A DNA stretch of 64,000 bases from Lama guanicoe (taxonomy: Eukaryota), in assembly GCA_013239625.1 (NCBI GenBank), contig MU053652.1:8940077-9004076 (forward strand), in the 5' to 3' direction. Position 1 is the first letter of the stretch; every line of letters begins with the position of its first letter. The translations under genes were made by a program, and so were the position numbers. Positions 62,100 to 64,000 of this stretch are shown here, one piece after another. The notes below the pieces were generated by a model, which saw nothing but the letters and a program-made list of their open reading frames with translations, did no database searches and was not told the origin of the DNA.

Positions 62100-63200
62100 G
62101 TCATTAAGAAAAATAAATATGGGTCCATGCCTCCCACTTGAATCAAGGTAAATTGCAAAAAGATAAAGATATACTGAAAAAAGGGTAACCATAAAGGTCA
62201 TAGAAGAAATTGTGGACTATTTTTTAATACTCACATAATGAGGATACCATGTATGGCAACAAACCTAGAATATATTAAAAAGATATTGATAAACCAACCT
62301 CATAAAAATGAAAAAAAAACATTCCTATCTAAAAAAAATTAAGGAAAAGAAAAATGATAAACTAGGAAAAATGTTTGCAATTAATCAGACAAACATGGGA
62401 CAAAAATCCTTACTACATGAAGAAGAGTTCCTCACATATTTGATATAAAAATGTTCACAGAAATAGTTCATAAAAAAGAAAGTACAAATGTTTGCTAAAT
62501 ATCAGACATTCCACATCACTTTTATTAAGAGAATTGTAGATTAAAACTTCAGTGAAGGAATTTTCACCTATTTGATAAGCAAAAAATTCAGTTGGTGAGG
62601 TTTTGGTTGAAAATAGGCGTTCATCCGTTGCTGGTGGTAGTTTCAACTGATACATTTGTGGAGAGTAATTTGGAAATACTCAAATTATAGGTTACACATC
62701 TCATTTGACACCACAATTCTACTCCTAGGAATTTATCTCACATGCAGGAAATACTATATAATTTAATTCAGCATAATTTGCAATAGTAAAGACTAGAAAC
62801 AGCCTATATACCCATCTCTAGGTCTTGGTTAAATTCACTGTATTACAGTCATATAATAGAACCAGATAATCATTAAAAAATGAGAAAGTGCTTTAGAATG
62901 TGGATGGAATTATCTTCAAGATAGTTCTTACAAAGTTAAGTTAAAAAAAAGAGAACTAACTAGGTTGCTTTAAGCAGTGTAGCAGTATATTATTACTGTG
63001 TGGAAAAAAAAAAGTCTTCTGCTTGTTAATGCACACAATCTTCCTGGCAGGATATAGAAGAAACAGCTAACTTTGGTTACCCAGTCAGTGAACTGGCTGA
63101 CTGGAAGCGTGGGAAAGTGGAGAGAGGAAGGAGGGGAGACTTCACTGTATCTCCTTTGGAACCAAAATGATACTGCGTACTCTTTTGAATTGTGAATCAG
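62100..63200 (+). mobile_element. Old L1 (L1ME-like) ORF2 end and 3' UTR remnant
   Basis: Diverged motifs such as ttgctggtggtag...tttgtggagagtaatttggaaata, tttgacaccacaattctactcctaggaatttatc and tttgcaatagtaaagactagaaacagcct. Confidence 0.7.
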
Positions 63201-63381
63201 TGTATGTGTGTGCCAGATGCTATTACTAGCCAACAATTAGTCATCTTCCTTTCTTCCATGCTGGAAGAGACCTGATTTGGTTCAGATGTTCACATTCTGA
63301 CTTGTAACTCACATATATTTTGCTTAATTTATGCCTATCATTGTGTTCTGTTTTCCTTGTCAGGGATTTGTTGAGAATGGG

Positions 63382-63584
63382 CAGTGTTGTATTGGTAAGT
63401 ATTTAACAAGTGGCTCTTAAAAAAAAAAAAAGTCCTGATTTGTAGCGCTCAGCAATTTCTGTGGTGTAAATACTCCCTCTGTGGCCAATTCAAGCTCCAA
63501 AGTGACAACCACTGTCTCGCAAAATTCCTGAAATTTAACAATTGACTCTTGCAAGCTGGTATCAGCCGGCTTCAATACACCATG
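63382..63584 (-). mobile_element. MER63-like hAT DNA transposon
   Basis: The reverse complement begins catggtgtattgaagccggctgataccagcttgcaagagtcaattgttaaatttcaggaatttt, resembling the MER63 5' end. Imperfect terminal inverted repeats. Confidence 0.6.
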
Positions 63585-64000
63585 ATCCTGCCAATGAGAA
63601 ATGAGGGAAATTCTTCTGAAAAGTACTTGCAGAATGGATTCATTGCTCATACAAAAGAGACTCAGAAGAATAAAACAATAGTTTTTCTTTGGGTATTTTT
63701 TTTCCCTAGATTTTTTTATTATGAAACAACATTTAGCAAAGATGAAAGATTTTTACAATAAACACACAAACTCATCACCAAGATTCTATTGTTAATATTT
63801 GACTATATTTAGTTTATCACATATCTATCCATGTATAATTCCATCAACCCATCTTATTTTTTAATGCACTTCAAACTAAATAATAGACATTTGTACTCTT
63901 GTCATCAGATACTTCAGCATGTATAATATTAACTAGCATTCACCCTATATTTACAGCTTTTCTTTTGAAGTAAAATTTTTAAATGAAATGTAAAAGTCTT

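Overview
Mammalian genomic DNA covering the 3' end of CADPS2 and, about 15.5 kb past its stop codon on the same (+) strand, the complete FEZF1 gene. CADPS2 contributes its last three coding exons (10860-10967, 29158-29262, 34691-34861) and a poly(A) region near 35.6 kb. FEZF1 has 4 coding exons (50394-52695) giving 475 aa with an eh1 motif and six C2H2 fingers, inside a chain of CpG islands (about 37.5-54.8 kb). I saw no Alu, B1, Bov-tA or Can-SINE, and the young L1 3' ends look camelid-like to me, so the species call is tentative. The rest is intronic or intergenic DNA: old repeats (L1MC, L2, MIR, CR1, MER5A, MER63, an ERV-L pol remnant), several short L1 insertions with clear target-site duplications (TSDs), a tailless U2 snRNA pseudogene, and motif-dense blocks that may be enhancers. 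I found no wholly new gene family. The most interesting signals concern FEZF1 isoform logic: a 150-nt in-frame exitron, an in-frame alternative acceptor that would disrupt zinc finger 4, a candidate distal first exon whose AUG opens a 113-codon frame overlapping the FEZF1 start and eh1 codons, and a stop-free in-frame leader carrying a uORF. These are predictions from sequence alone. Repeat family names and comparisons with other species come from memory, not from a search.
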